Positions 9,112-17,758 of a stretch of 64,000 nt of DNA are shown in pieces; the first letter of the stretch is position 1, and each line of letters opens with the position of its first letter. Under the pieces are notes generated by a model. It made no database searches. It was not told where the DNA came from and saw only the letters and a list, made by a program, of their open reading frames with translations. A program made the translations under genes and the position numbers. The stretch lies in the sequence record KT321315.1; one strand, written 5' to 3'. The DNA is from Enterobacter phage phiEap-3.

Positions 9112-9377
9112 ACGTCGAAATCAACCTCATCGATTTTGTATGATTCTTCGCCAATATCAGCCCATAGCTGAATATTCACGCTTTTTGCATCACGATAAAG
9201 AGATTGACCGCAAAGCCCACCTGTATAACAAGTTTCTGTAATCTCGTTAACTTCCAGGCGGAGGCTATCGCGCATAATTTTAACAACAGCCTGTTCCAGT
9301 GTAACCGCGTCTGGGTTTTTGGTATCACCCAATACTACATCTTTAACGTTCAAAATAACATCACTCATTATCGCCAC
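9108..9377 (-). CDS. hypothetical protein (89 aa), coupled to the MTase
   Basis: ORF overlapping the MTase start (ATGA). Confidence 0.45.
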   Translation of the reverse strand: MAIMSDVILNVKDVVLGDTKNPDAVTLEQAVVKIMRDSLRLEVNEITETCYTGGLCGQSLYRDAKSVNIQLWADIGEESYKIDEVDFDV

Positions 9378-9613
9378 TCCGTTTCAATTCCGTGTTTGTA
9401 TGCGTCAACGCCCAGAGGGGTGATCACTAAACACATATCAGTATTTTTCGTTGGTGAACTAAACGCCATTGATGCGTAACCTTTTTGAATCAGGGAATCA
9501 CGCCCTGATTTACTGGGAACATCGTTGAAATCTAAATCCAACATTTTTGACGAGTATCCGTAAAGTTTACACAAAACATCAATCTCAGCGCCGGATAATT
9601 TCGGATATGTCAT
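9368..9613 (-). CDS. hypothetical protein (81 aa)
   Basis: ORF overlapping both neighbours. Confidence 0.45.
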   Translation of the reverse strand: MTYPKLSGAEIDVLCKLYGYSSKMLDLDFNDVPSKSGRDSLIQKGYASMAFSSPTKNTDMCLVITPLGVDAYKHGIETEWR

Positions 9614-10617
9614 TTGTAATACCTCACAACATGTTCAGAATACACACGTTCAATGAAATCATTCCAGAAATCGCGATCAACTTCTTTCGGATAACCAGAT
9701 ACAGCCGCCAGCTTTTCAACTTCACACATCGTTGATTCTAGCGCCTCTTGTACGGTTGCGAAAGGAACACCGCCAGCTTTAACCATTTTCAAAAATGCGC
9801 TGTCCGGAAGAGGATACACAATATCACCTTCTTTGAAAATCTGGATCAATTGCATACCACCGCGCAAAGCATGAGAAAGAGCTTTCCAGTCGATCCCGTT
9901 GTTGGCTTCTGCTTGCCGTGCGCGTTCCCCGTATTCATCCCAGAGTTTATACACGGATTTCTTCATTTCCGCTACGGTGATCGTAGACTGGAATTTACGC
10001 CCCAGAACTTCATAAAATTCCTGACAACCTGATTTCATTGTTTTGTCTGTAACGAATCGACAAAACTCGTTGGTCGGGAATCGGTTAGAAATCTCACCAA
10101 CTTTGATGCGCTTGCCGTAGTTAGATTCATCCACGTTACCCAGCAATGATGTACCATACCAGCAATCAGGAATCGTCTGTAACACATCGACAACTTCACG
10201 CAGTGCAGCCAGGCGAGAGCCTTTAACGCCATACTTCGCCGCTTGCTTACGAACATAACCAAACAGGCCAGTGAGTTCCGTAGTGTAGAAGCGTGAACGG
10301 TTAGCGCGGAGATATTGCCAGATATCAGAGTTAGCGATCAGTTTGCTATCATCTGCATGAAGCATATCAATCGCCACGGTGTCACCATCACATGCGAGGC
10401 TGATAAACTTTTGCAGACTGTAAATCTGACGATCTACGTCATTAACACCGTTCTTTGAGTTTTTATCGCCAGTTGATGTATCAATAGACTTCTTCGCAGT
10501 GCCTAACAGGATTTCGCGAGGATGAGGGAGATAGATCCCTTTGTAGTCTTTATCGCTTGTTGGTGTTTCCAGTCCGTACAGGTGAGAACCGAATACGGTT
10601 TCCATAATCATTTTCAT
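9610..10617 (-). CDS. predicted nucleotidyltransferase (Pol-beta superfamily; resembles the RlaP/PF10127-type NTase)
   Basis: N-terminal GSHLYGLETPTSDKDYKGIY fits the NTase-fold G[SG]x9-13 Dx[DE] motif, as in the PF10127 family. 335 aa. Confidence 0.55.
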   Translation of the reverse strand: MKMIMETVFGSHLYGLETPTSDKDYKGIYLPHPREILLGTAKKSIDTSTGDKNSKNGVNDVDRQIYSLQKFISLACDGDTVAIDMLHADDSKLIANSDIWQYLRANRSRFYTTELTGLFGYVRKQAAKYGVKGSRLAALREVVDVLQTIPDCWYGTSLLGNVDESNYGKRIKVGEISNRFPTNEFCRFVTDKTMKSGCQEFYEVLGRKFQSTITVAEMKKSVYKLWDEYGERARQAEANNGIDWKALSHALRGGMQLIQIFKEGDIVYPLPDSAFLKMVKAGGVPFATVQEALESTMCEVEKLAAVSGYPKEVDRDFWNDFIERVYSEHVVRYYK

Positions 10618-10994
10618 CAGAATTCAACCTTTAATGTTTTTGCGATCCCGCGCAATTCAGCGGTAGTAATATCCGGAATGTTTGTTCCGTAGCTATTCCC
10701 AAATACTTTTTTAATCTTATCACACAAATCGCGGCGATACACCATTTCTTTGTATTCTTCTTCGCTACGATACAGTTGATAACCCATCCACCCCTCAGCC
10801 CATCCGGAATTGCGCTTGATTTTAATATTAGTACAACAATCAGACCCATCTTCCGGTCGGAAAGATGCATACAGGTACTGACGCGCAACTTTTTGTACGT
10901 AAAGGGTTTTGGGGTTGCGATTTTGTCGCTGGTCACTACGGATCCCAGCATCATACAACGTATCACCAACTTTCACATCACTTAAATCAATCAT
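10617..10994 (-). CDS. hypothetical protein (125 aa), first gene of the NTase-MTase operon
   Basis: ORF; its stop overlaps the NTase start. Confidence 0.45.
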   Translation of the reverse strand: MIDLSDVKVGDTLYDAGIRSDQRQNRNPKTLYVQKVARQYLYASFRPEDGSDCCTNIKIKRNSGWAEGWMGYQLYRSEEEYKEMVYRRDLCDKIKKVFGNSYGTNIPDITTAELRGIAKTLKVEF

Positions 10995-11218
10995 TTACGT
11001 CTCCAGCAATTAGTTTTTTCACAGTAATGAACGGGAACAGGCACACCCAACGTTTCTTTACTGCTTCTGTTGTATGTTATCACAACGAATCGGTTTTCGC
11101 CACCCCTAACACACTCCAGATCCAAAATCTCGCGGGTTCCCTTCGTGTTAATGTCTGCAACATAATATTCTTCGTTGTTGACAATCACTATATCCGACAT
11201 GATCAAGCGAGGTTTCAT
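10991..11218 (-). CDS. hypothetical protein (75 aa)
   Basis: ORF, ATGA-coupled. Confidence 0.4.
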   Translation of the reverse strand: MKPRLIMSDIVIVNNEEYYVADINTKGTREILDLECVRGGENRFVVITYNRSSKETLGVPVPVHYCEKTNCWRRK

Positions 11219-11826
11219 GCAGCGTACACCTCTGATTCATCGATCCATTCCAGATCCTGATTGAGTGATTCAATCAGCTTTTTATCGCGTCTGGAAATAA
11301 CAACGGTAGAACCTTTTTCTGCCTTCACGATGATATCACCAGAAGAGGTGATGTATTCAACCACATAATCACGGCGAGGGCTTCCGAGTCTATCACCAAC
11401 TTTAACAGCACGTCTAACCGATTCATGAGATTTTTCGGTGAACACTAATTCATCACCTACGTGGGTAACAATACCATCAACAGCAGAACGAGAATTAACA
11501 TAAATTTTGCTAATCTCCGCCATGAAAACACTATCTCTCAGATATCGAGCAGCCACTTTATCTAAACACTGAGAAGATACTTTATCTCCGCCAGGATATA
11601 CTGAGATAATCATTACATGACCCTGAACACGGGCGGTTCCTACTTTATGCAGAATGTAAACCATTGAACCATCAGAATCTTTAGATACAAGGATCACGCT
11701 GAAAGATTCTTTGTGTTGCTTCTGAGTTTCTCCACAGGTAAAACTCACGTCCAGAAAATCACCAACTTTAACAGCACGGGGTTTTGCTACTTGTTCACGA
11801 GCACTAATAACAGGGATCATAATCAT
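11215..11826 (-). CDS. hypothetical protein (203 aa)
   Basis: ORF. Confidence 0.45.
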   Translation of the reverse strand: MIMIPVISAREQVAKPRAVKVGDFLDVSFTCGETQKQHKESFSVILVSKDSDGSMVYILHKVGTARVQGHVMIISVYPGGDKVSSQCLDKVAARYLRDSVFMAEISKIYVNSRSAVDGIVTHVGDELVFTEKSHESVRRAVKVGDRLGSPRRDYVVEYITSSGDIIVKAEKGSTVVISRRDKKLIESLNQDLEWIDESEVYAA

Positions 11827-12092
11827 TTCCTCACAGTTTCAAATTCTTCATCAGATTTCCAATACACGTTAAAATTACGACAATCATGTTCGGCTGTCAA
11901 CGTATATTTTTCATTTGTTTTCTCATCGGTGATAACCATAGTTTCATTATCGATTGAGTTAACACCATAAACGAAAACATTCTCACCGCGTTTGTTTAAA
12001 AACGCATCACCCTTTTCAATCAACTGCCAACAGGCAACAGGCAACCCACCTGGACAAATCGGACGGGTAACAAGACAATAGGGATGTTTCAT
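11823..12092 (-). CDS. hypothetical Cys-containing protein (about 90 aa from MKHPYCLV)
   Basis: The track start (12122) reads into a PeSL hairpin. The internal ATG at 12092 sits after the conserved leader. Confidence 0.4.
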   Translation of the reverse strand: MKHPYCLVTRPICPGGLPVACWQLIEKGDAFLNKRGENVFVYGVNSIDNETMVITDEKTNEKYTLTAEHDCRNFNVYWKSDEEFETVRK

Positions 12093-12160
12093 AATAAGCC
12101 TCTTTTGTTTCTGTAGGCCCAATATAGCAAAAGCCCCTGACCTAAGTCAAGGGCTTTGTT
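12093..12160 (-). repeat. PeSL-like cassette (hairpin aagcccctgacctaagtcaagggctt + TGCTATATTGG + leader)
   Basis: Same hairpin family and extended -10 as at 2165..2240. Confidence 0.6.
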
Positions 12161-13231
12161 TTAAATTCCGGTAAATGCTACGATGATTTGATAATGATCA
12201 TCGAAGAATAGATCCCGCATCGCGATCACTTCGTGCATCGGTAGCCAGAACGCGTCTGCTGCATCATCAGAGCCGCCCATAATACGAGGCAATGAACCAT
12301 CGTTATTAGGTTCGAGCTTGATATATTGTGCTACAGTCGGTTTTGAGAAGTACACCGAACGTTTCGGATGATCGAACAGCATCGAATTACGGATAGAACC
12401 ACGAATAACCTTTTCTGGTACTTTAATTCGTACTTCTTCCAGCAATTCACGGATCGCACAATCAAGGAACGTTTCGTTACCGTTTTTGTGTCCACCAGGA
12501 AGCGCTAACGCATCTTTACCAGGCGCAAACTTACGACGGATTACTAACACGTGGTTATTACATACGACCACTGAGTCAGCCGTGCAACAGTTCAGAGAAT
12601 CCGGATACGGATATTTTTTGAACTTGTCAATCTCTCGTTGCCAGTGTGCATCTTCATGGGACAAACGCTGGAATTCTTTTGTTTGTGTCCATTCATCGAT
12701 AAAGGAAACCGTAGTGCTAGGCGCATATTTTAACAAATCTTCGTCCCAGCCTTCATGGTGTTCCCAGATAATTTTGCGTAAATTGGTCGAGGACAGATCC
12801 TGATCTCCAACCTTCACAGGTTCAACCGGAATATGATTCCATCCGAATGCTTTAAGCCAGTAAGAATCTTTGTCTTTTTCGTATCCGACGATCGCAATTC
12901 GATCATTTCGAGTTTCATCGATTGCCATACGAACGCGGGATTTCCATTTTTCCTCGTTATAGAGGTAATCTGGAATGTGCGCGAATTTGATTCTGGCTGC
13001 ATCTTCAACATCAAGTTTGCAGATAGACCAGCGAGTGATCATTGCTTGACGCTGTTTAGCGGTCAATGGGTTTAATGTGTTCGGATATGCATAAGCAGAA
13101 CCGATCAGAATGTAAACCGTATTAGCAACAGCAAGGGCTTCCCTTACCATTTTCTCATGACCATAGTGAAAAGGTTGAAAACGTCCAATTACTACAGCTT
13201 TATCATATTTGTGTTTCATAACGTGCTCCAC
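12161..13231 (-). CDS. bifunctional NMN adenylyltransferase / Nudix hydrolase (NadM-Nudix, NatV-like)
   Basis: N-terminus VVIGRFQPFHYGH (the HxGH NMNAT motif of NadM/NadR type). C-terminal Nudix box GGHKNGNETFLDCAIRELLEEV. Confidence 0.8.
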   Translation of the reverse strand: MEHVMKHKYDKAVVIGRFQPFHYGHEKMVREALAVANTVYILIGSAYAYPNTLNPLTAKQRQAMITRWSICKLDVEDAARIKFAHIPDYLYNEEKWKSRVRMAIDETRNDRIAIVGYEKDKDSYWLKAFGWNHIPVEPVKVGDQDLSSTNLRKIIWEHHEGWDEDLLKYAPSTTVSFIDEWTQTKEFQRLSHEDAHWQREIDKFKKYPYPDSLNCCTADSVVVCNNHVLVIRRKFAPGKDALALPGGHKNGNETFLDCAIRELLEEVRIKVPEKVIRGSIRNSMLFDHPKRSVYFSKPTVAQYIKLEPNNDGSLPRIMGGSDDAADAFWLPMHEVIAMRDLFFDDHYQIIVAFTGI

Positions 13232-13357
13232 GTTTAAAGGTTAATCATAAAACAGACGCAATTATCAACACACCAAACAATCCACCAATGAAACCAAAGA
13301 ATAGTGAAATGAGTATAGTCAGTACGATCTGTTTTATGTTCATTATAGTATTCTCGT

Positions 13358-13383
13358 TTTAGATGTCAAGCCCCCAAAGAGGG
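13358..13383 (-). terminator. GC hairpin (agccccc-aaag-agggggct) after the SPFH gene
   Basis: Hairpin adjacent to the stop at 13396. The T-run on the transcribed strand is weak. Confidence 0.35.
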
Positions 13384-13395
13384 GGCTTTAAAACA

Positions 13396-14322
13396 TTATT
13401 TACGAGAATCGAAAATCACTTTACCAGCATAATCCGAACCCATTACAGTTTGAGGTACGCCACCTTTATAGCGGGTAGAGTAGTTCATCTGTACATCCAG
13501 TTCTTTCCAGCGGATCATTTCCGGCGTAATGGTGCGTTGCAGGGCGGCGTTGGCTTCTGCTTCTTTCTTCGCTGCATACAGACGGGCATCAGCATCACGT
13601 TCGTTAGCGATTGCAGCGTTTTCACGCGCCTGACGATCGGCTTCCGCTTGTTTTACTGCTTGTAGTGAAGTTTGTTCTACTTTTTGCAGTTCAGCTTTAG
13701 CAGCGTTAACCTGTTCTTCGCGGATCTTCGTGTTAGTTACCTGTTCCATGATAACTTCCGGCAGGGTGATATCCTGCAAGAATACCTGTTTCACAGTGTA
13801 ACCGTAAGGCCGCGCATAATCTTCTACTTCCTGCTGAATCGCAATTTGCAGTTGGTTTTGGATCTTCGCATCAAACAGGTCTTGCGCTTTCGGTACGGAT
13901 TTACCAAATTCGCGAACAGTGGAAAGCAGTTTTTCAGTTACATACTTATCCAGTGCCTGATCCTGATTACCCGCGTTGATACGGTTGATCGGTGCTTTGC
14001 TACCGTCGAATTGCAGCATTACGGTCATATCCACAGTGGATTTAAATTTATCCTGGGACGGAACCTGTAATTTGTCGAACTTCATCGCGATGTCTTTGGT
14101 GCTGAACGTATCAAACGTTGCCAGCGGGTTTACAATGTGGAAACCGGGTAGTACGGGTTTCGGTGATACTTTACCCATGAAGGTTTCAGTTTTAACCGTA
14201 CCGTCTTGCACAATGGTATACATGTTAGGCACTAACCACAGTGCTGCAACTACGCCCAGAGCGATCAGAGAGGTTTTCTTCGGGTTGTTCACGATAGTGT
14301 TTAAGTTCATCATAATTTCCAT
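13396..14322 (-). CDS. SPFH / band-7 (prohibitin/HflC-like) membrane-anchored protein
   Basis: N-terminal TM segment (SLIALGVVAALWLV). SPFH-like core. Long Ala/Glu/Gln/Lys-rich coiled coil (AKAELQKVEQTSLQAVKQAEADRQARENAAIANERDADARLYAAKKEAEANAA). Confidence 0.75.
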   Translation of the reverse strand: MEIMMNLNTIVNNPKKTSLIALGVVAALWLVPNMYTIVQDGTVKTETFMGKVSPKPVLPGFHIVNPLATFDTFSTKDIAMKFDKLQVPSQDKFKSTVDMTVMLQFDGSKAPINRINAGNQDQALDKYVTEKLLSTVREFGKSVPKAQDLFDAKIQNQLQIAIQQEVEDYARPYGYTVKQVFLQDITLPEVIMEQVTNTKIREEQVNAAKAELQKVEQTSLQAVKQAEADRQARENAAIANERDADARLYAAKKEAEANAALQRTITPEMIRWKELDVQMNYSTRYKGGVPQTVMGSDYAGKVIFDSRK

Positions 14323-14382
14323 AAGTTGTTGTTCAATTCGATAGTTATTCTATCATCACATTTCACGCTGTCAAACTATTTT

Positions 14383-14805
14383 TTAAGAAAGTTTTGTCAG
14401 CTTGTAGATTGTTTGATAGCACAAGCCCTTAATCTCGTCCAGGATGTTCTTCAAAGAACTATCTACTGATTCGTAGATCTCGTTTGCTTCGTTGGCTATT
14501 TTACGGAGATACGCTACCGTGTCAAGCATATTTTCGGTTTTTAGCACAGGTTTGTATCTTCCCGTGATTCCTATGTGGATTTCGGTGAATTTATCAACCA
14601 AATCCTGCATATCTTCGTAAAAACCCTCATATGCTTTATGTTGTGAGTAGGAACCTGTTGCAAAATGTGCGCTATGCATATACGTAACGGACATAAGGCA
14701 CATGCCAATAAAGGCATCTATCTTGCTTGAGTTCTCAGATTCTGTAATTTGTTTAAATGATTGCATGATGATCCCTTTATGAACGATGGATACTTGCAAA
14801 CTCAT
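14383..14805 (-). CDS. hypothetical protein (rI.-1 position). Weak ferritin/Dps-like four-helix pattern, not asserted.
   Basis: ORF. The likely true start is internal (MQSFKQ). Confidence 0.35.
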   Translation of the reverse strand: MSLQVSIVHKGIIMQSFKQITESENSSKIDAFIGMCLMSVTYMHSAHFATGSYSQHKAYEGFYEDMQDLVDKFTEIHIGITGRYKPVLKTENMLDTVAYLRKIANEANEIYESVDSSLKNILDEIKGLCYQTIYKLTKLS

Positions 14806-15058
14806 ACGCGACCCTAATTCCTAGCTTTGCGCATTCGGATTCAGATCGGCATTGTTTTTGGTGCCATTTTCGTTCCATGTAGTTGTAGAATAGTTCGCTT
14901 GTATTTACGCTGGGAGGGATCGTTGTGATGTATACTTGAAGGGCCGCATTAATATAATCGTCAAATTCTTTCTGAACCGGACGGTCGGCGGCGTGTGTTG
15001 TGGGTGTCATCATCAACAATCCGAACAGCACAGCCATTGATATGCGTTTAATGTTCAT
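14777..15058 (-). CDS. rI: lysis inhibition regulator RI (antiholin), secreted
   Basis: Signal-anchor N-terminus. The C-terminus SELFYNYMERKWHQKQCRSESECAKLGIRVAYEFASI aligns with T4 RI (SEQFYSFMRTTYKNDPCSSDFECIERGAEMAQSYARI). Lies downstream of tk, as in T4. Confidence 0.7.
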   Translation of the reverse strand: MNIKRISMAVLFGLLMMTPTTHAADRPVQKEFDDYINAALQVYITTIPPSVNTSELFYNYMERKWHQKQCRSESECAKLGIRVAYEFASIHRS

Positions 15059-15059
15059 A

Positions 15060-15146
15060 ACAATTACTCTTTTACTCATAGACCCACTATAGGTCTACTC
15101 CTGTATATATTTATAGCAAAAACGAGGCCGAAGCCTCGTTATAATA
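15060..15146 (-). promoter_or_regulatory. terminator hairpin (aacgaggccgaagcctcgtt) followed by TGCTATAAATAT (extended -10 sigma70 and T4-late-type TATAAATA) upstream of rI
   Basis: On the minus strand: hairpin, then tttttGCTATAAATAtatac, then a second small hairpin (tagacctatagtgggtcta), then the rI ATG. Confidence 0.5.
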
Positions 15147-15164
15147 TTTTTGCTGTAAAGTCAA

Positions 15165-15557
15165 TCAAGTAATGTCATACCAACACAAACTTCTTTCGAA
15201 AGCGCGTATTTTGTTCACGTTTTCTACGTTTTCATCCCAACCGATCACGCCAGCTTTCATACGTTTCAGTTCCTGACGTAAACGGGTACGTACTTTTGAA
15301 TCAATTTTCTTTACTGCAATAGAAAGCATTGCATTCAGATCGCCATGAGCTTTGTTACCGTCGCGACACAGATTATTATCAAATCGAATATATGCACATC
15401 CTGATTTGTGTTTCCAGTTGGTTGAGTACCAACGCAACCCATCCGGATCAATACCATGTTGAGCATAATAACGAGAATACTCTTTTACTTCTTCGATCTT
15501 TTCGTTAGATGAACGGTCACGAAGAGGGTTGTATTTCTTACGGTAAGTGCGACTCAT
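15165..15557 (-). CDS. hypothetical basic protein (130 aa)
   Basis: ORF downstream of tk. Confidence 0.45.
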   Translation of the reverse strand: MSRTYRKKYNPLRDRSSNEKIEEVKEYSRYYAQHGIDPDGLRWYSTNWKHKSGCAYIRFDNNLCRDGNKAHGDLNAMLSIAVKKIDSKVRTRLRQELKRMKAGVIGWDENVENVNKIRAFERSLCWYDIT

Positions 15558-15573
15558 AATGATCTCCTTTTGT

Positions 15574-16182
15574 TTATGCTTCCACTGTATCAGGGTTGTT
15601 CTTTAGTTGCAAGTAATGTTTTCGACAAAGTGAAACATATTTGTCTTCGGCCCCGATCTCAATCTGGTCGCCATTAGCAACAAATTTGCCATTTGCATCA
15701 ATACGGGCTACGGTAGTTGCTTTCTTTCCACAATGACAAACCCCCCGCAACTCCCTGATCTCATCAGCAAGCGCCAGCAACATATAAGAACCTTCAAACA
15801 AGTTCAACTGAAAATCGGTTCTTAGTCCATATGTCATTACGGGTATATCTAATTCGTCAACAACCCGACACAGATCCATGACATTTTTCCTGGAAAGGAA
15901 TTGCGCTTCATCCACAAACACGCAAGAAACCAGTTTCTCGCTATCACCGTAAAAATGATTGTTGTGAACATCATAATACAAGTCCATATCAGGCGTGATC
16001 ATGGTGCATGTTGCTTCCAACCCAATACGCGAAGAGATACTCTGTTTACCTTCTCGCGTATCAATTGCTGGTTTGTACATCAGGATCCGCATACCGCGTT
16101 CCTGGTAGTTGTATGCATCAGTGAGTAAACGAGCACTCTTGCCAGCATTCATTGATGCATAATGAAAATATAGTTTAGCCAT
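15574..16182 (-). CDS. tk: thymidine kinase
   Basis: P-loop NAGKS, followed by the TK family core and a C-terminal Zn-ribbon (CHCGKKATTVARID...C). 202 aa. Confidence 0.9.
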   Translation of the reverse strand: MAKLYFHYASMNAGKSARLLTDAYNYQERGMRILMYKPAIDTREGKQSISSRIGLEATCTMITPDMDLYYDVHNNHFYGDSEKLVSCVFVDEAQFLSRKNVMDLCRVVDELDIPVMTYGLRTDFQLNLFEGSYMLLALADEIRELRGVCHCGKKATTVARIDANGKFVANGDQIEIGAEDKYVSLCRKHYLQLKNNPDTVEA

Positions 16183-16372
16183 TTATCCTCTCAACAAAAT
16201 CTGGGGTATTTTGGAATTTCCCTTCCCCTTCATGGTTTTTGCATGTTTTATTTGAACAGTAGATCCACCAATCCCACTCATCATAAGGGGGTTTGGTAAT
16301 GTTCATTACACAAATTAAAGGGAAATGACAATCCCGACAGCGAACATTTTCTATAATGTTTGCGTTAGCCAT
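16175..16372 (-). CDS. small Cys-rich (zinc-ribbon-like) protein
   Basis: CRDCHFP...CSNKTCKNH. The track start at 16417 overlaps the upstream ORF; an internal Met is likely. Confidence 0.3.
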   Translation of the reverse strand: MANANIIENVRCRDCHFPLICVMNITKPPYDEWDWWIYCSNKTCKNHEGEGKFQNTPDFVERING

Positions 16373-16652
16373 GCGTATAACCGCCCATTTCGTTATCTTG
16401 TGCTTGATGAATATCAAGATACCACATATTGATTTTGCTTTTCAGTTCGTCCATTTCTTTATCAAGCCCACTGTCAACAAGACAGAGAATGTCAACCACC
16501 GTTTTACGCTGGGTGATGTTGATTTTGTTCGCTTTCATCGCTTGCGCCAATGCATTGCAGGTTTTAACCAGTGCGGCGCGTTGTCCTTTGATTACGGCGA
16601 TCCGTTTGTTCGCTTTCTTGATCGCCCGACCTGCTTTGATAGGATCCATCAT
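16365..16652 (-). CDS. hypothetical basic protein (95 aa)
   Basis: ORF. Confidence 0.4.
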   Translation of the reverse strand: MMDPIKAGRAIKKANKRIAVIKGQRAALVKTCNALAQAMKANKINITQRKTVVDILCLVDSGLDKEMDELKSKINMWYLDIHQAQDNEMGGYTHG

Positions 16653-16654
16653 GA

Positions 16655-17128
16655 TTAATTCGCCTTACGAGGATCGAAATGAACGACAATGATCGGGTAA
16701 TCACCAGTCACCTCATTAATAATGCGCTTAATGAGTTCCCAGTCGCCCCCAGCAAGGCCAGCACCGATTAAAGGTGTGATGATAGGCTTTCCAGTTTTAA
16801 CGGCGTCAGCAAGCCCTACAGCCTGTTTAAACGCATTACCTATTGCATCATAATCGACACGCGGCCCAGGTGTCCAGAAATCATATTGAGTGTATGCATT
16901 GAAAACAATGTTGCCTTTTTCGCCAATGTAAACAGAACAAGTTCCGAGCTTATCACGGGAACCTTTTAACGTATTGGCATCAACTTGAAATGCACCAGGA
17001 ATACGATCGCGGATTTCGCGAGCAATACCAGCGCCCATATTGCAATAGCAGTTGCATCCGTGGATCAAATGGCCTTCACCATTCAGATACATATTGACAG
17101 CATTACCTTTCACTTCTTTAATGATCAT
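16655..17128 (-). CDS. macro domain (ADP-ribose binding/processing) protein
   Basis: GCNCYCNMGAGIAREI and LIGAGLAGGDWE match the macro-domain Asn-rich and Gly-rich loops. About 157 aa from MIIKEVKG. Confidence 0.65.
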   Translation of the reverse strand: MIIKEVKGNAVNMYLNGEGHLIHGCNCYCNMGAGIAREIRDRIPGAFQVDANTLKGSRDKLGTCSVYIGEKGNIVFNAYTQYDFWTPGPRVDYDAIGNAFKQAVGLADAVKTGKPIITPLIGAGLAGGDWELIKRIINEVTGDYPIIVVHFDPRKAN

Positions 17129-17425
17129 TTTTATTTTTCCGATATAGTAGGGCCACAACAAGGCCCATCAAAATCACAAGGATCCACAATACAGTGAATT
17201 GAACCCCTACGCTCATTTTCTCGCTTTCCGTTCGCGGCGGCGGTCTTCTTGATGACACATATACATTACACCAGTAAAGACCACAAGGCCAATAACAAAC
17301 CCGATGAAATTACACATAGTCATCATCCCCGCAATAATAACAAGGCCCAGTGCTCTCATGCTTACCAGCATTGTACGCCAAGAACACCACAACCGCCGCC
17401 ATAATAATAAAAATCCAGATAGCCA

Positions 17426-17749
17426 TTAGTAAAGCCCTATGCCAGCATTAAATTCGTCAACCAAATAAGTACGGAACTTTTCGCACCGTTCCTTATTTGG
17501 CGCTTGTTTGCATAGATTCATCATTGGTTCAGACTGCAAAAACTCTTTTTGTTTCAGCAACTTACCGCGTTTATACAGGTGAGCATTTTCCTCTCCCCAC
17601 ATATAAGCAACATCTAACTGTTCTGCGATCACTTGCTTACATACTGCGACATCTTTAATATCACGATTGTTGCATAACTCATCCAGGCGAGCATCACCCG
17701 CGTGAGCAAATCCAGCAACCAGAGTTAAAAGCAGTGCTAACTTTTTCAT
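17426..17749 (-). CDS. secreted hypothetical protein (signal peptide MKKLALLLTLVAGFAHA)
   Basis: Signal peptide with an AHA cleavage site. 107 aa. Confidence 0.5.
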   Translation of the reverse strand: MKKLALLLTLVAGFAHAGDARLDELCNNRDIKDVAVCKQVIAEQLDVAYMWGEENAHLYKRGKLLKQKEFLQSEPMMNLCKQAPNKERCEKFRTYLVDEFNAGIGLY

Positions 17750-17758
17750 GATGATTCC

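Noticed and set aside
14383-14805. Possible Dps/ferritin-like protein
   Set aside because: Only a loose HF..G..F..H...E..Y pattern. Insufficient to call. Kept as hypothetical.
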